Positions 1 to 10,206 of a stretch of 64,000 nt of DNA are shown here, piece after piece (within the stretch, counting starts at the first letter, position 1; every line of letters starts with the position of its first letter). Location: sequence record PX915678.1. One strand, written 5' to 3'. The translations under genes were made by a program, and so were the position numbers. The stretch comes from a phage. The notes below the pieces were generated by a model. That model did no database searches. It was not told the DNA's origin and saw only the letters and a program-made list of their open reading frames with translations.

Positions 1-1108
1 CGCTCATGTTAACATCAGAAGAATCCCAAGCTTGTTTACCAACCTGTGCTGCAGTCCAAAGAACAGTTTCAGTTTCAACAGCCAGAGCACGCAATTCCTC
101 TGCGATAGCTTTAACAGTTGTGTAACTATTTTCTGAATAAACTCTGATGCGGCAAGATTTACAAATACCTAGATAGTCAACAATAATGATTGTTGGAACA
201 AAATTCTTCTTGAGCTTCAATTCGTTTAAAAGCGATCGAAATGTGTTAGCGTCTGCTCCACCAGTAGGATATTGCTTAACGATTAAACGGCCGAGAGTAG
301 ATTTCTCACGCCATTTTTCCATTTTTCCTTTATACTCAGCGTAAGAAATATGCCCGTCATCAATGTCATCAAGAGAAACATCAAGCATATTAGCGTCAAT
401 ACGCTTAGCACAGACTTCTTCTGCCATTTCCATTGAAATGTAAAGAACATTATGACCGAGCTGTAAATAATCTGCTGCCAATGAACACAATCCTAATGAC
501 TTACCAACGTTAACACCAGCCATTAAAACGTTCAGTGTTCCAGTTTCAGCTCCGCCTTTAGTAATTTTATTTAGAATTTTGAGTTTAAATGGAACCTTAC
601 GAGCTTTATTCATATAAGATAGCCAACGTGCTTCGTAGTCATCCATCCAATCATGACCAACGTAACTATCAAATGAAATTGATAATGCTTGACGCATGAT
701 GTCAGGAATAGCACCAACATCCGGCATTTTCTTATTTCGTTTTTCCGGAGGAAGCTCAGCATTGGTTTGAATTTCAATTATTTTAGACGTAGCATTAAAC
801 ATCGCTCTTTGCTGAACATATTTTTCTGTTTCTTTTACTAACCAGCTGTGGTCTTCTGGAGAATCGGCTAGTTTCGAAATAAGTGTTTTTACACCAGAAT
901 ATTCTGTTTCAGTAAATGAACTATTTTCTAATGCAACATTTAACGCATTAATAGATGGAACGCTATGGTACTCATTAACATGAGATTTAATTAATTTGAA
1001 TGTATTTTTAGCTGGACCACTTTCAAAATATTCTGAATCCATATATGGCCAAACTTTTGAAAAATAAGCTTGATCAAATATGAGATGAGAAAGAATAATT
1101 TCTACCAC
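1..1108 (-). CDS. 41: DnaB-family replicative helicase gp41, N-terminal part (gene runs past window start)
   Basis: Minus ORF open to position 1; GTG start 1106-1108 after AAGGAG; Walker A GAETGTLNVLMAGVNVGKS encoded near 480-545; N-terminus MVEIILSHLIFDQ matches T4 gp41 as recalled. Confidence 0.9.
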   Translation of the reverse strand, partial: MVEIILSHLIFDQAYFSKVWPYMDSEYFESGPAKNTFKLIKSHVNEYHSVPSINALNVALENSSFTETEYSGVKTLISKLADSPEDHSWLVKETEKYVQQRAMFNATSKIIEIQTNAELPPEKRNKKMPDVGAIPDIMRQALSISFDSYVGHDWMDDYEARWLSYMNKARKVPFKLKILNKITKGGAETGTLNVLMAGVNVGKSLGLCSLAADYLQLGHNVLYISMEMAEEVCAKRIDANMLDVSLDDIDDGHISYAEYKGKMEKWREKSTLGRLIVKQYPTGGADANTFRSLLNELKLKKNFVPTIIIVDYLGICKSCRIRVYSENSYTTVKAIAEELRALAVETETVLWTAAQVGKQAWDSSDVNMS

Positions 1109-1117
1109 ACTTACTCC

Positions 1118-1456
1118 TTAAAAGAATTTAAATTTTTTCTTTGACCTTTTATTAAATGCATCTTGCAGTTGCATTGTAATACATTTTTCTACATGAGGAG
1201 CTAACTCAGCTTTTCTTTCTTGGTCAAGAACAGCAAAGTCCATTACGACTTTTCCATCAACCCAATCTAATTTTGTCACATACACAATGTGTGTAGAACC
1301 GTCTTCTAGTTTAATGACAATCTCCTGGATAACATTTTCCATGGCAGATTTAATTATCTTAAGAGATTCATTAAAAAGACGTTCTTTTCTTTCTTCTTCC
1401 CCCTCCGAAGAGGGGGATTCATCGATAATTTCTAAATCTAAATCATCTTTATTCAT
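1118..1456 (-). CDS. 40: Small protein at the T4 gene 40 position (head vertex assembly chaperone-like)
   Basis: ORF between 41 and uvsX; ATG 1454-1456 directly after uvsX stop; track ORF extends to GTG at 1474; synteny 41-40-uvsX. Confidence 0.5.
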   Translation of the reverse strand: MNKDDLDLEIIDESPSSEGEEERKERLFNESLKIIKSAMENVIQEIVIKLEDGSTHIVYVTKLDWVDGKVVMDFAVLDQERKAELAPHVEKCITMQLQDAFNKRSKKKFKFF

Positions 1457-2630
1457 TAAATTCTTCCATATCACTTAACTGATCTAGGTCAGTTTCTAAA
1501 TCAGCAGCTGATTTACTTTTACTTTCTGGAGATTTAAATTTTTCAACCTTTGAGTTAATCAATTCATCAACTTCAGCTTCAACAATTTCATTACTATCAA
1601 TAGCACCTAACTGATAAGCGCGTTTAATAGCATCTCGGAATGGTTGATGCTTAAATAAAGGACCCCAGAATGTAGTGCAATTGGTATCTTTTGCACGCCA
1701 AGATTTTTCTTCGCGAATCATCTCGCCGGTTTCTTCATCAAGAAATTCACGAGCATACCAGCCATTTTTAGGTTTTACCACAAATCCTAATTCAAGAGCC
1801 ATATCTAACAATCCAGAATAAGGATCGATGCCACCGTCAAATTTAACATCAATAAAGAATTTACTTTTTTCTTTAACTGTACGAGATTTTTCTACATTTA
1901 GAACAAATTGATACCCCTGAAGATCGGAACCATCTTTAATCTGGCGCTTACCGATAATGAATACAGTATCAGCCGAATACATTACGCCTGTACCACCTGT
2001 CATCACGGTTTTACTAAACATTTCAATTGTTTCAATTGTATGGTTAACCGCAACACATGGAATGTTTTTAATACTAAAATAAGGAGTAACAATACGGAAT
2101 AATGACTTCAGTGATTTAGCACGAGTCATATCTGCCACAGATTTTTCATTTAAGGCATCTTCCGTTTCTTTCTTAGAAGCCATATTACCAATTGAGTCGA
2201 TGAATACAATAACTTTTTCACCGCGCTCAATAGCTTCAAGCTGATTCACCATATCAATTTTCAGCTGTTCAACTGACTGAATTGGTGTATGAATTACTCG
2301 TTCCGGGTCAACTCCCATGGATCGCAAATAAGCTGGAGTAATACCAAATTCGCTATCATAGAATAGACATACCGCGTCAGGATATTTGTTCAAATACGCC
2401 GCAACCATAGTCAAAGACATATTTGATTTAAAGTGTTTAGAAGGACCTGCAAAAATGGTTAAACCAGACTGCATACCACCATCAATCGCACCAGAAATAG
2501 CGATATTAAGCATTGGGATTTTTGTACGGATTACATCCTTTTCATTAAAGAATTTAGATGTAGTCAGTTCAGCAGTCATTTTAGAAGTGGAAGCTTTAAT
2601 CAAACGGGATTTTAAATCTGCAATAGACAT
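1449..2630 (-). CDS. uvsX: UvsX RecA-like recombinase
   Basis: 393-aa ORF; N-terminus and RecA-fold core (GPSKHFKSN) match T4 UvsX as recalled. Confidence 0.92.
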   Translation of the reverse strand: MSIADLKSRLIKASTSKMTAELTTSKFFNEKDVIRTKIPMLNIAISGAIDGGMQSGLTIFAGPSKHFKSNMSLTMVAAYLNKYPDAVCLFYDSEFGITPAYLRSMGVDPERVIHTPIQSVEQLKIDMVNQLEAIERGEKVIVFIDSIGNMASKKETEDALNEKSVADMTRAKSLKSLFRIVTPYFSIKNIPCVAVNHTIETIEMFSKTVMTGGTGVMYSADTVFIIGKRQIKDGSDLQGYQFVLNVEKSRTVKEKSKFFIDVKFDGGIDPYSGLLDMALELGFVVKPKNGWYAREFLDEETGEMIREEKSWRAKDTNCTTFWGPLFKHQPFRDAIKRAYQLGAIDSNEIVEAEVDELINSKVEKFKSPESKSKSAADLETDLDQLSDMEEFNE

Positions 2631-2707
2631 TCATTTTTTCCATAGGCATCATTATATTTTCCTCACTGGTTAAAGATAGAGTAATTATAACACAATAAAT
2701 TTAGGCA

Positions 2708-3556
2708 TTAATCAACTGCTATTGGATGAATAGCATTAAACTTATGAAACGCTTCTGATTTTTCTTTGCGCGAAACACACATGCGAAGAACCTTTAATGG
2801 CTCGTCTTCTTCACCCAACGATTTTCTCTTTTCAATATTCGATGTTTTCCAGCGAGCTTGCTCTGGAAACTCTCTATTGATTTGCTCAAGAGCTCTATTA
2901 TGTTTTGAATTACTACGAATTGAACTACATCCGCCAGGAGCTTGCGCTTTTCCGGATACAACCAGATATTTGAACAAGGCCAAATGCGGATAACCTTGAT
3001 TAATTAAATTGAGAAATGCATACATATCTTCGCATAAATCAATTTTTCCATACCCAATTTGTTCTGTTGTAAGTTTCCCGAGGTCATACCAAGTATTCGT
3101 GAATCCATATGAATTTTCACGATAATTACCCCAAGATGAAGTAATTTTAAAAATAGGCAGACGAGCATGACCATGATAATACCCGCAATCCATGGCATCT
3201 TCAACGTATTGAATCAATTCATAGAACTGTTCACGAGTTAACTGATTAATTTTATCTACGCAGCGACGATCATCTTTCTTTCGCATTGAACTCATACGAA
3301 TAGTAGTATCATCATCAATCATCCAAATTCGTTGACCTGCATACATATCAGTAATTGCTTTACGAGTACCAGCAATTCCATTAACATCATCAGGAATAGT
3401 TATAATTTTAGCTCTAGACCCGTAAGCGTCATAATAAGCTTTTTCTTCGTGTTCACGTACTACAATATGAGGTTCATAATCAGTCGGAAACATATCAAGG
3501 GCAGAAACTGCCCCTACGCGTTGATAGCTTGGAATTACGAATTGAATCATTTCCAC
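2708..3556 (-). CDS. Putative DNA-modifying glycosyltransferase at the beta-gt locus (not T4 beta-gt; possibly T2/T6-type beta-glucosyl-HMC-alpha-glucosyltransferase)
   Basis: 282-aa ORF between uvsX and 42 where T4 has 351-aa beta-gt; no resemblance to T4 beta-gt by eye; DDD motif (WMIDDDTT) typical of GT-A fold. Confidence 0.45.
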   Translation of the reverse strand: MEMIQFVIPSYQRVGAVSALDMFPTDYEPHIVVREHEEKAYYDAYGSRAKIITIPDDVNGIAGTRKAITDMYAGQRIWMIDDDTTIRMSSMRKKDDRRCVDKINQLTREQFYELIQYVEDAMDCGYYHGHARLPIFKITSSWGNYRENSYGFTNTWYDLGKLTTEQIGYGKIDLCEDMYAFLNLINQGYPHLALFKYLVVSGKAQAPGGCSSIRSNSKHNRALEQINREFPEQARWKTSNIEKRKSLGEEDEPLKVLRMCVSRKEKSEAFHKFNAIHPIAVD

Positions 3557-4287
3557 TCACCATTATAATCTTTTTTCGCAATATGAGTTTCGCCAGTTTT
3601 CCACCAATGGTCAACCAAATAAAAATGACGGGAATACACATGAAGGCTTCCGACATTCCATATAATGGAACCTGCTTTATACTGACGAGTTGAATCACCT
3701 GCATTCAAATCAGATACTAATTTATCTAGTACGTATTTTTGCCATGCATAATCATTACGGAATCCGAAGACCACGTCATTTGAACGCATGCTTACTACTG
3801 CATTGACTTTCTTATCACGAATCAGGTACTGTACTGTATTCGTACACATGAAATCTGACATACCATCTTTATTGTAGTCAAACTGCATGGATGGACGAGT
3901 ATAAATCATGATACCACGTCGAGAATCAGGATTTTGACCAAGTTCAGCTAAACACATATCATACTGGGCATAGTTATCTTCTGACCAGATGGCCCAACCA
4001 TAATTCGAGTTAATTTCGCCTTTAGAAGATGCTACCTGTTGCCAAATCTTCGGTGTTTCACCCGGAATATCTTTAACAAACAAACTTTTAGATTTATACC
4101 ATTCAAGTTCACGCTGAATGTATTCATCATTAAGAGCGCCAAAAATAAACGGTTCATCTGCTACAAATGATGCGCCAATAATTTCAATAGTTTTAACGCC
4201 AGTTTTATCAATTACGAAATCTTTTTCCTTTAACGCAATTCCCAAATGAAGACGAGTTTCTTCAACTGTCAAAGAGTCATTAATCAT
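3547..4287 (-). CDS. 42: dCMP hydroxymethylase gp42
   Basis: 246-aa ORF; near-identical to T4 gp42 as recalled; SD GAGG before ATG. Confidence 0.92.
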   Translation of the reverse strand: MINDSLTVEETRLHLGIALKEKDFVIDKTGVKTIEIIGASFVADEPFIFGALNDEYIQRELEWYKSKSLFVKDIPGETPKIWQQVASSKGEINSNYGWAIWSEDNYAQYDMCLAELGQNPDSRRGIMIYTRPSMQFDYNKDGMSDFMCTNTVQYLIRDKKVNAVVSMRSNDVVFGFRNDYAWQKYVLDKLVSDLNAGDSTRQYKAGSIIWNVGSLHVYSRHFYLVDHWWKTGETHIAKKDYNGEWK

Positions 4288-4394
4288 TTAAACCTCAATT
4301 GATACATTCATATTTAACTTGTAACAGTAATAAACCCCAACTTATAATAAGTGTCGGAATCATACAAGGAACCGTTACGCTATAGTATATACTT

Positions 4395-4421
4395 ATTATA
4401 ATCATCAAGATTAAAAGCAAT
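4395..4421 (-). promoter_or_regulatory. MotA-dependent middle promoter (TTGCTTTTA box, 11-nt spacer, TATAAT) upstream of gene 42
   Basis: Minus-strand ATTGCTTTTAatcttgatgatTATAAT fits the T4 middle promoter consensus. Confidence 0.55.
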
Positions 4422-4440
4422 ACTGTTAAAATTTTGCTTT

Positions 4441-4692
4441 TCATTCCTTCTCTCTGATGATAATTACTTGATTTGGTTGTGCGGATTTTTTAGTTTCACC
4501 CGCAATTGACCAAATAAATGTAATAAACCAACCAATAATTGACCAGTTAAACAGTAAAGATGTAAAAAAGATTCCTACTGTCGATTTTGACCCGCGCATC
4601 AAGGCGATGAACCATGGAAGCATGTATATAATAATAGCCAACACGCCTGATACTAAAACCATAAAAATTGAACCTGCTACTAAAGTTTCCAT
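4441..4692 (-). CDS. imm: Imm superinfection immunity membrane protein
   Basis: 83-aa ORF with two hydrophobic helices between 42 and 43, as in T4. Confidence 0.8.
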   Translation of the reverse strand: METLVAGSIFMVLVSGVLAIIIYMLPWFIALMRGSKSTVGIFFTSLLFNWSIIGWFITFIWSIAGETKKSAQPNQVIIIREKE

Positions 4693-4699
4693 GCTTTCC

Positions 4700-5092
4700 T
4701 CACTTAGTCAAATTTTTTACACATGAATTATAAGAATTCACTACATACTCCATCGGAGCATTTTTACCTGTGCGCCATTGGTAATTATTAGCCCAATTAG
4801 CCCAAAGTTCGGCGCAGTAGTTTTCAATTTTTTCTTCGCGTGTAATTACATCTGAATTACGATATGCTTGAGCAGATTCATCTGGACGAATAGCTTCGTC
4901 AAAATTCGCCTGCATTTGTTCTACTGTCTGTTTTGGAGCCTCTTTATAACACTTAACATTAGGATTATAAAATTTGCTTGAACAATTTACAGTTTTTCCT
5001 GCATCAGACTGATTTACTACCGGTCCTTGAGCTACACAACCAGTAAGACCCAATGCAATAACCAAAATAGCGATTTTCATTTCATTCTCCAA
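4700..5092 (-). CDS. Predicted lipoprotein, function unknown
   Basis: 130-aa ORF; signal peptide with lipobox LTGC (MKIAILVIALGLTGCVA); own early promoter upstream. Confidence 0.6.
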   Translation of the reverse strand: MENEMKIAILVIALGLTGCVAQGPVVNQSDAGKTVNCSSKFYNPNVKCYKEAPKQTVEQMQANFDEAIRPDESAQAYRNSDVITREEKIENYCAELWANWANNYQWRTGKNAPMEYVVNSYNSCVKNLTK

Positions 5093-5107
5093 ATTTGTAT
5101 TGGTTGA

Positions 5108-5150
5108 TAGTTATATAGTACCAAAGAGGAACAGTCTTGTAAACAGTTTT
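5108..5150 (-). promoter_or_regulatory. T4 early (sigma70-type) promoter
   Basis: Minus strand GTTTACA, 17 nt, GGTACTATATAA; repeated cassette also seen at 30286, 31727, 47308. Confidence 0.7.
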
Positions 5151-5227
5151 GTGAAAAATTTTTTAATGAATTCCAAAGGTCCAGAATCATCTATTTTTTC
5201 CTAAGTATAGATTTATATTACTTGTAT

Positions 5228-5250
5228 GAAAAAGGGACCCGGAGGTCCCC
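5228..5250 (-). terminator. Intrinsic terminator after gene 43
   Basis: Minus strand GGGGACCUCCGGGUCCC hairpin followed by UUUUUC, 12 nt after the gene 43 stop. Confidence 0.7.
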
Positions 5251-5262
5251 AGATTTATTCTA

Positions 5263-7959
5263 TCAGCCAAACAGGAAGTCTAACGAAGCTTTTTCCTCAT
5301 AGTCCATACCTGCCGATTCACACATACCAGCAAGAGGTTTAACAAACGATTTTTGGAACAAAGTTGAGTAGTCAATCCAAGACAGTACGTCAGAACGAAT
5401 TTCTTTTGGAAGTTCTGTACCCGACGGCCAAGCAATGCACTTGTCACCAAACGGATTTCCTTCGCGTAATGGAAGAACCATTACCTTATTTCCATCCAAA
5501 ATTGGAGCTACACCTAAACCGCTAACAGCTCGACGATAAGTTAGCACACCGCGAATATGGAACGGGCATTTAAATCCTGGCCAGCCTTTATCATCATATT
5601 TCGCTATATCGTTCGCAGTTTTTACTTCAGCAATAACTTTATAGTCAAGTTGACGATATTCTTTCTCAAAGTTCTTGTAGTATTCTTGGACAGACTCTTC
5701 ACCTTCCTGAAGAATACGACGAATACTTTCTTCGAGAGCTTCTTGTACTGCTTTTGGTGTTGAACTCTGTTGAGTTTCCATACCCATGATTTTTAAATGC
5801 GGTTCGGCAAATCGCTTATCTTCCATATCATAAACGTTCAGAGCATAACGTTTTTTCGCTTTCCAAAATCCACCAACACCCTTTGAACCAAGTGGAGGGC
5901 AAGAAATAGCTTCACGGTCCATATGCATCAGATGCTCGCGGTTATTCATATAATCACATAACTCACGATATGCAACATCAATCATAGGTTCCATCTTTTT
6001 CTTACCAAACTGATTCATGAATTCAACTAAATCATTTTGTTCTTTAAAGCGATCAAGACCTACTTTTTCAATAACTTTATCTACACAAACATATACCGAA
6101 TCAGTATCACCTGCTGCGATGAAATCTTCACCATTAGTTCCACATACTTTATTTAGATACTCATTAATTTTACGAGCAATCCATTGAATACCGACTTGAC
6201 CGAAAATTGTGATAGCAGTAGCATTTCGCAAATCATAGTAGCGAAAATGAATATTACCAAGAGCACCATAAAGACTGTTAATAAGAATTTTACGGTTCAG
6301 CTGATTTGTGTTAGCAAGCGTAGCTGCTTTTTCACATTCTTCGATCAGACTATTAAGAACAGATTCAGTGTAATTCGATAATTCGTTTAAGAAATCATCA
6401 TTGAACTTAACATATCGTTCAACTTCCGGTTTAGTTGAACAGGACCCTGCACCTTTCATAATAATCTTTTTAATAGCTTCGGCATTCATTTCTTCCGCGA
6501 ACATTTTCTTTTTCCAATCTTTACGCTGGAAAAATACTTTAGCGATTTCCTTTGGAATGATACCTTCTTGGTGCTTATCATACATCCATCCATTCGGAGA
6601 GCAAGAATATTCATCACTTGGCTTAGGAGCTGTTCCTGCGATATATTCATGAATTGGATGAACTTTAAACTGCCCGCGAATAGTCTCAGGACTAATGTTA
6701 ACCTGACGAATAATGCTAGGATACAGAGACGTCAAGTCAAAACTCATAATGTATCGACGAGCAATCGGTTTAGGTTCAAACACAAATGCACCTGGAAAAC
6801 TCTGTTTAACGTGCAAACCTTGTTGAGGAATAACCTTATGTTCACCTTTCAGTGAGTTAAAAATAATAGCATCCCAAGTTTTAATAGGACTCATTACACC
6901 AGAAAAAGGCATTTTAGCGTAATAAGACATACTTAAAACTAGATCGATAAACCCACGAATTTTATCAATTGCTTGAACTGATTCTACGTCAATGATGTTA
7001 TAACTAATGTATCGTTGATGATTAGTCTCACGAAGTTTATTAATAGGACCATCGTACGGCAATTTACCTTTTTTGGTTTCATGCTGAGCAACTGATTCCA
7101 AAGAGAACGATGGCAAATTAGTAAATGCGAATTTCTTGTACAAATCTAAATAATCAAGAATAGATACGCCATCAATAGAATAAATTTCTTTGCTACCGTA
7201 CATATTTTGAATTAGTTTAGATTTTACTCGACCGATTGGAGAGAAGCGTTTCATACTGCGTTCGCCGAGAACCATTTTAACGCGATTCATGATATACGGA
7301 ACGTCAAATCCCTCAATATTCCAACCGGTAAAAATAGCAGGTCGTTTCTGTTCCCAGAGATTAATATATTCCATGAGCATATCACGCTCATTATCAAATG
7401 GCATATAAATTACTCGGTCAAGAATTTCTTGAGGAACTTCATCACCACCTTCACAGTCAAGCTTAGCAGCTAACTTTGCATCCCATTTTGATACTGAACC
7501 GTACATTGAATTCAACAAATCAAAGACGTAAAAACGATCGTCAATTGAATCATAATGAGTGATAGCATCAATTTCATATTCTGCTTTCATTGGGTCAGGA
7601 AATTTATCACCAGTAACCTCAATGTCACAGTTAGCTACACGAACAAATTTTCGGTCATAAACAATTTCTGAACCATATGTATCACTGATATAAGCGAGTT
7701 TAAAATCGTTCATACCGAGAGCTTCGAGACCGATGTCTTCCATTCGTTTCATCCAATCTCGTGCATCTTTCATTGATGGAAATTTTTGAGGAGCGCAATT
7801 TTTACCATAAATGTCTTTGTATTTTGACTCTTCCTTACAATGCCTAAACATAGTCGGAAGATATTCTACTTCACGAGTACGTTCCTTTCCATTTTCATCA
7901 ATATAACGCTCAACAATGTTATTTCCGACTGTTTCGATAGAGATATAAAATTCTTTCAT
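5263..7959 (-). CDS. 43: DNA polymerase gp43 (family B)
   Basis: 898-aa ORF, same length as T4 gp43; MKEFYISIETVGNNI N-terminus; exonuclease and polymerase motifs present. Confidence 0.95.
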   Translation of the reverse strand: MKEFYISIETVGNNIVERYIDENGKERTREVEYLPTMFRHCKEESKYKDIYGKNCAPQKFPSMKDARDWMKRMEDIGLEALGMNDFKLAYISDTYGSEIVYDRKFVRVANCDIEVTGDKFPDPMKAEYEIDAITHYDSIDDRFYVFDLLNSMYGSVSKWDAKLAAKLDCEGGDEVPQEILDRVIYMPFDNERDMLMEYINLWEQKRPAIFTGWNIEGFDVPYIMNRVKMVLGERSMKRFSPIGRVKSKLIQNMYGSKEIYSIDGVSILDYLDLYKKFAFTNLPSFSLESVAQHETKKGKLPYDGPINKLRETNHQRYISYNIIDVESVQAIDKIRGFIDLVLSMSYYAKMPFSGVMSPIKTWDAIIFNSLKGEHKVIPQQGLHVKQSFPGAFVFEPKPIARRYIMSFDLTSLYPSIIRQVNISPETIRGQFKVHPIHEYIAGTAPKPSDEYSCSPNGWMYDKHQEGIIPKEIAKVFFQRKDWKKKMFAEEMNAEAIKKIIMKGAGSCSTKPEVERYVKFNDDFLNELSNYTESVLNSLIEECEKAATLANTNQLNRKILINSLYGALGNIHFRYYDLRNATAITIFGQVGIQWIARKINEYLNKVCGTNGEDFIAAGDTDSVYVCVDKVIEKVGLDRFKEQNDLVEFMNQFGKKKMEPMIDVAYRELCDYMNNREHLMHMDREAISCPPLGSKGVGGFWKAKKRYALNVYDMEDKRFAEPHLKIMGMETQQSSTPKAVQEALEESIRRILQEGEESVQEYYKNFEKEYRQLDYKVIAEVKTANDIAKYDDKGWPGFKCPFHIRGVLTYRRAVSGLGVAPILDGNKVMVLPLREGNPFGDKCIAWPSGTELPKEIRSDVLSWIDYSTLFQKSFVKPLAGMCESAGMDYEEKASLDFLFG

Positions 7960-7998
7960 AGATATTCCTTAGTTTATAGCCCGAGTTATTAGGCTCTT
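7960..7998 (-). promoter_or_regulatory. Gene 43 translational operator (hairpin plus SD bound by gp43)
   Basis: Minus strand GAGCCUAAUAACUCGGGCUAUAAACUAAGGAAUAUCU-AUG; short stem with 8-nt loop immediately 5' of SD, as described for T4 gp43 autoregulation. Confidence 0.65.
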
Positions 7999-8015
7999 GA
8001 TATATTATACTCCAA

Positions 8016-8036
8016 ATAAGGGGCCGAAGCCCCTTG
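8016..8036 (-). terminator. UUCG-tetraloop hairpin (terminator or 3' stabiliser)
   Basis: AAGGGGCUUCGGCCCCUU on minus strand overlapping the stop of ORF 8038-8259; weak U-run. Confidence 0.5.
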
Positions 8037-8037
8037 C

Positions 8038-8259
8038 TTAAATTAATACCAGTTGTCGGTGAAAAATTGTTAATCCATCTGCATTAATTGACTTAACCAC
8101 TGCGGTAAAGTGTTTTTGTTCTGGGTGAACTAATTTTTGAAATTCTACCTGAAATTTTAGTTGGAGGTTTTCTGGTAAATCAAAAAGTGTTTCTGTTGCA
8201 GAAAGATTATATTTTTCTTTAAGAGACGCCATGTATTCTTGCGGAGTTATAGCAGTCAT
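8038..8259 (-). CDS. Hypothetical small protein between regA and 43
   Basis: 73-codon ORF from ATG 8257-8259 (TAAtATG junction with regA stop); ends in UUCG hairpin; track ORF extends to 8271. Confidence 0.4.
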   Translation of the reverse strand: MTAITPQEYMASLKEKYNLSATETLFDLPENLQLKFQVEFQKLVHPEQKHFTAVVKSINADGLTIFHRQLVLI

Positions 8260-8260
8260 A

Positions 8261-8629
8261 TTAATTACCAATCGTATATTTAGGAACGAGTTTCCATTCG
8301 TGTTTTTGTTTAAAAGAAATAACTCGGAAGTTATTGGTCAAATCTTTCATAAAAGTTCTTTGACCAGGAACGATTTCAATCAATCCCCAATCTTCTAACA
8401 GCCACGCAATCGAATCACGACGAACTTCATCTTCTTCTGTCATTTCAACCTGACGGCCATCCATACGAAGCATTTCTTTAAAATGAACGATATAGTATAG
8501 TCCTTTTTTCTGAAGAATGTGGCAGGACTGATATAGAACTTTATCTTTATTATTAGCAATTCCCATACGAGTCAAAGTTTCTTTTACTTTCAGAAAATCT
8601 TCAGGTTTTTTAAGAGTAATTTCAATCAT
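8261..8629 (-). CDS. regA: RegA translational repressor
   Basis: 122-aa ORF; MIEITLKKPEDFLK... matches T4 RegA as recalled. Confidence 0.92.
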   Translation of the reverse strand: MIEITLKKPEDFLKVKETLTRMGIANNKDKVLYQSCHILQKKGLYYIVHFKEMLRMDGRQVEMTEEDEVRRDSIAWLLEDWGLIEIVPGQRTFMKDLTNNFRVISFKQKHEWKLVPKYTIGN

Positions 8630-8630
8630 T

Positions 8631-9194
8631 TTACCATTCCAATGCTAGTTTTTTGAGTTGTTTCTGTTCTTTTACATTCTTAGTCACTTCTTTTAAAAAA
8701 TCATCCGTGACTAAACCTTTTAGTTCTTTTAATACTAAAGGAAGTTTTCCATTTTTAGTAAGAATTGATTTATAGTTAATTGCATCATTTGTATTAACTT
8801 GATACCGCTTAGCAAGTAACTTAATAATCAATACTTCAGTAGAATCTTCGACCAGTTTTGCCCATTTACCATATCTTTTACCACGAGGAACAGCAGCCAT
8901 CAGATAATTAAAATGGGCTTCATCGCTTAAACCTGATCCAATTAAATTCATAGCATATACAGCTGGCATGCATTCAGGAAATTGTGATAATGCATTCTCA
9001 ACCATGTATTTTGAATAATCTTTTTGAGCAATAGAGCATTTAGTTTTATTATTAATAGCTCCAATTATTTCAAAAAATTCATTTTCAGCTTTTTCCTTAA
9101 AAGAATCAGCAGCAGATTGGACAGCTGTCCAATCTTTTGAATACCAAGCAACTTGATGCTCGTTTAATTGAATATCATCTTCAAATAAGCTCAT
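8631..9194 (-). CDS. 62: Clamp loader small subunit gp62
   Basis: 187-aa ORF between regA and 44; T4 synteny and length. Confidence 0.88.
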   Translation of the reverse strand: MSLFEDDIQLNEHQVAWYSKDWTAVQSAADSFKEKAENEFFEIIGAINNKTKCSIAQKDYSKYMVENALSQFPECMPAVYAMNLIGSGLSDEAHFNYLMAAVPRGKRYGKWAKLVEDSTEVLIIKLLAKRYQVNTNDAINYKSILTKNGKLPLVLKELKGLVTDDFLKEVTKNVKEQKQLKKLALEW

Positions 9195-9195
9195 A

Positions 9196-10155
9196 TCACT
9201 TCCACTGCATTTCGCATGCTAATTGAATGAAAAGATATGCTAAATGTAATTCAGTATTAGCCGCAATTCCGTGATACTGGTTATTTTCACCAACAATTTC
9301 ATACATACGAATAATACTTTGCGGAGTTACGCGTGTATAGATTTCTTCGGCAAGTTTACCTACGAACCACGAATAATCAGCTGCATATTTTGGTGCTAAA
9401 GCTCTGAGATGTTTAACATCTTTATTTTTGAGAGACTCAAGAACATCATCAATAGCACCACGATCGTTAGTAACCAGTGATAAAATACCAGCATCCAAAA
9501 CACCTTTAGATGAATAACTATCGAGCTCACCAATAGTTTTACGAAAATCAGGAAAATTCTTTTTAACCAAAGCTGCTACAACTTTCATATCAGCTATAGC
9601 AATTCCTTCATGCTTGCAGATTTCAGTCAATCGACGAATCATCTGCTTCATCATTTCAATTTTATCTTCATCGGTCGGCTGACCGAACGTAATAACTCGG
9701 CAGCGTGACTGAAGCGGTTTAATAATACCATCAATATTGTTAGCAGTAATAATAATACTACAGTTTGAACTATAAGCTTCCATAAAGGAACGAAGATGTC
9801 GCTGAGACTCTGCTAACCCTGAACGGTCAAATTCATCAATAACGATTACTTTTTGACGACCATCAAATGAAGCTGCACTAGCAAAATTAGTCAAAGGACC
9901 ACGAACGAAATCAATTTTACAATCTGACCCATTCACAAACATCATATCAGCATTTACATCATGACACAATGCTTTTGCTACAGTCGTTTTACCTGTTCCT
10001 GGAGAAGGAGAATGAAGAATAATATGTGGAATCTTACCTTTACTTGTAATAGATTTAAAGGTTTCTTTATCAAAGGCGGGAAGAATACATTCATCGATAG
10101 TAGATGGACGATATTTCTGTTCAAGAATGTGTTCTTTTTCATTTACAGTAATCAT
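9196..10155 (-). CDS. 44: Clamp loader ATPase gp44 (AAA+)
   Basis: 319 aa from ATG at 10155 (SD GAGGAA); Walker [11 protein letters not shown]; track ORF extends 5 codons upstream. Confidence 0.92.
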   Translation of the reverse strand: MITVNEKEHILEQKYRPSTIDECILPAFDKETFKSITSKGKIPHIILHSPSPGTGKTTVAKALCHDVNADMMFVNGSDCKIDFVRGPLTNFASAASFDGRQKVIVIDEFDRSGLAESQRHLRSFMEAYSSNCSIIITANNIDGIIKPLQSRCRVITFGQPTDEDKIEMMKQMIRRLTEICKHEGIAIADMKVVAALVKKNFPDFRKTIGELDSYSSKGVLDAGILSLVTNDRGAIDDVLESLKNKDVKHLRALAPKYAADYSWFVGKLAEEIYTRVTPQSIIRMYEIVGENNQYHGIAANTELHLAYLFIQLACEMQWK

Positions 10156-10185
10156 AATTTCCTCATTCAAGTTTTAGTGTAAATT

Positions 10186-10206
10186 ATAAAGGGCCGAAGC
10201 CCTTTA
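10186..10206 (-). terminator. UUCG-tetraloop hairpin after gene 45
   Basis: AAAGGGCUUCGGCCCUUU directly after the gene 45 stop. Confidence 0.5.
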
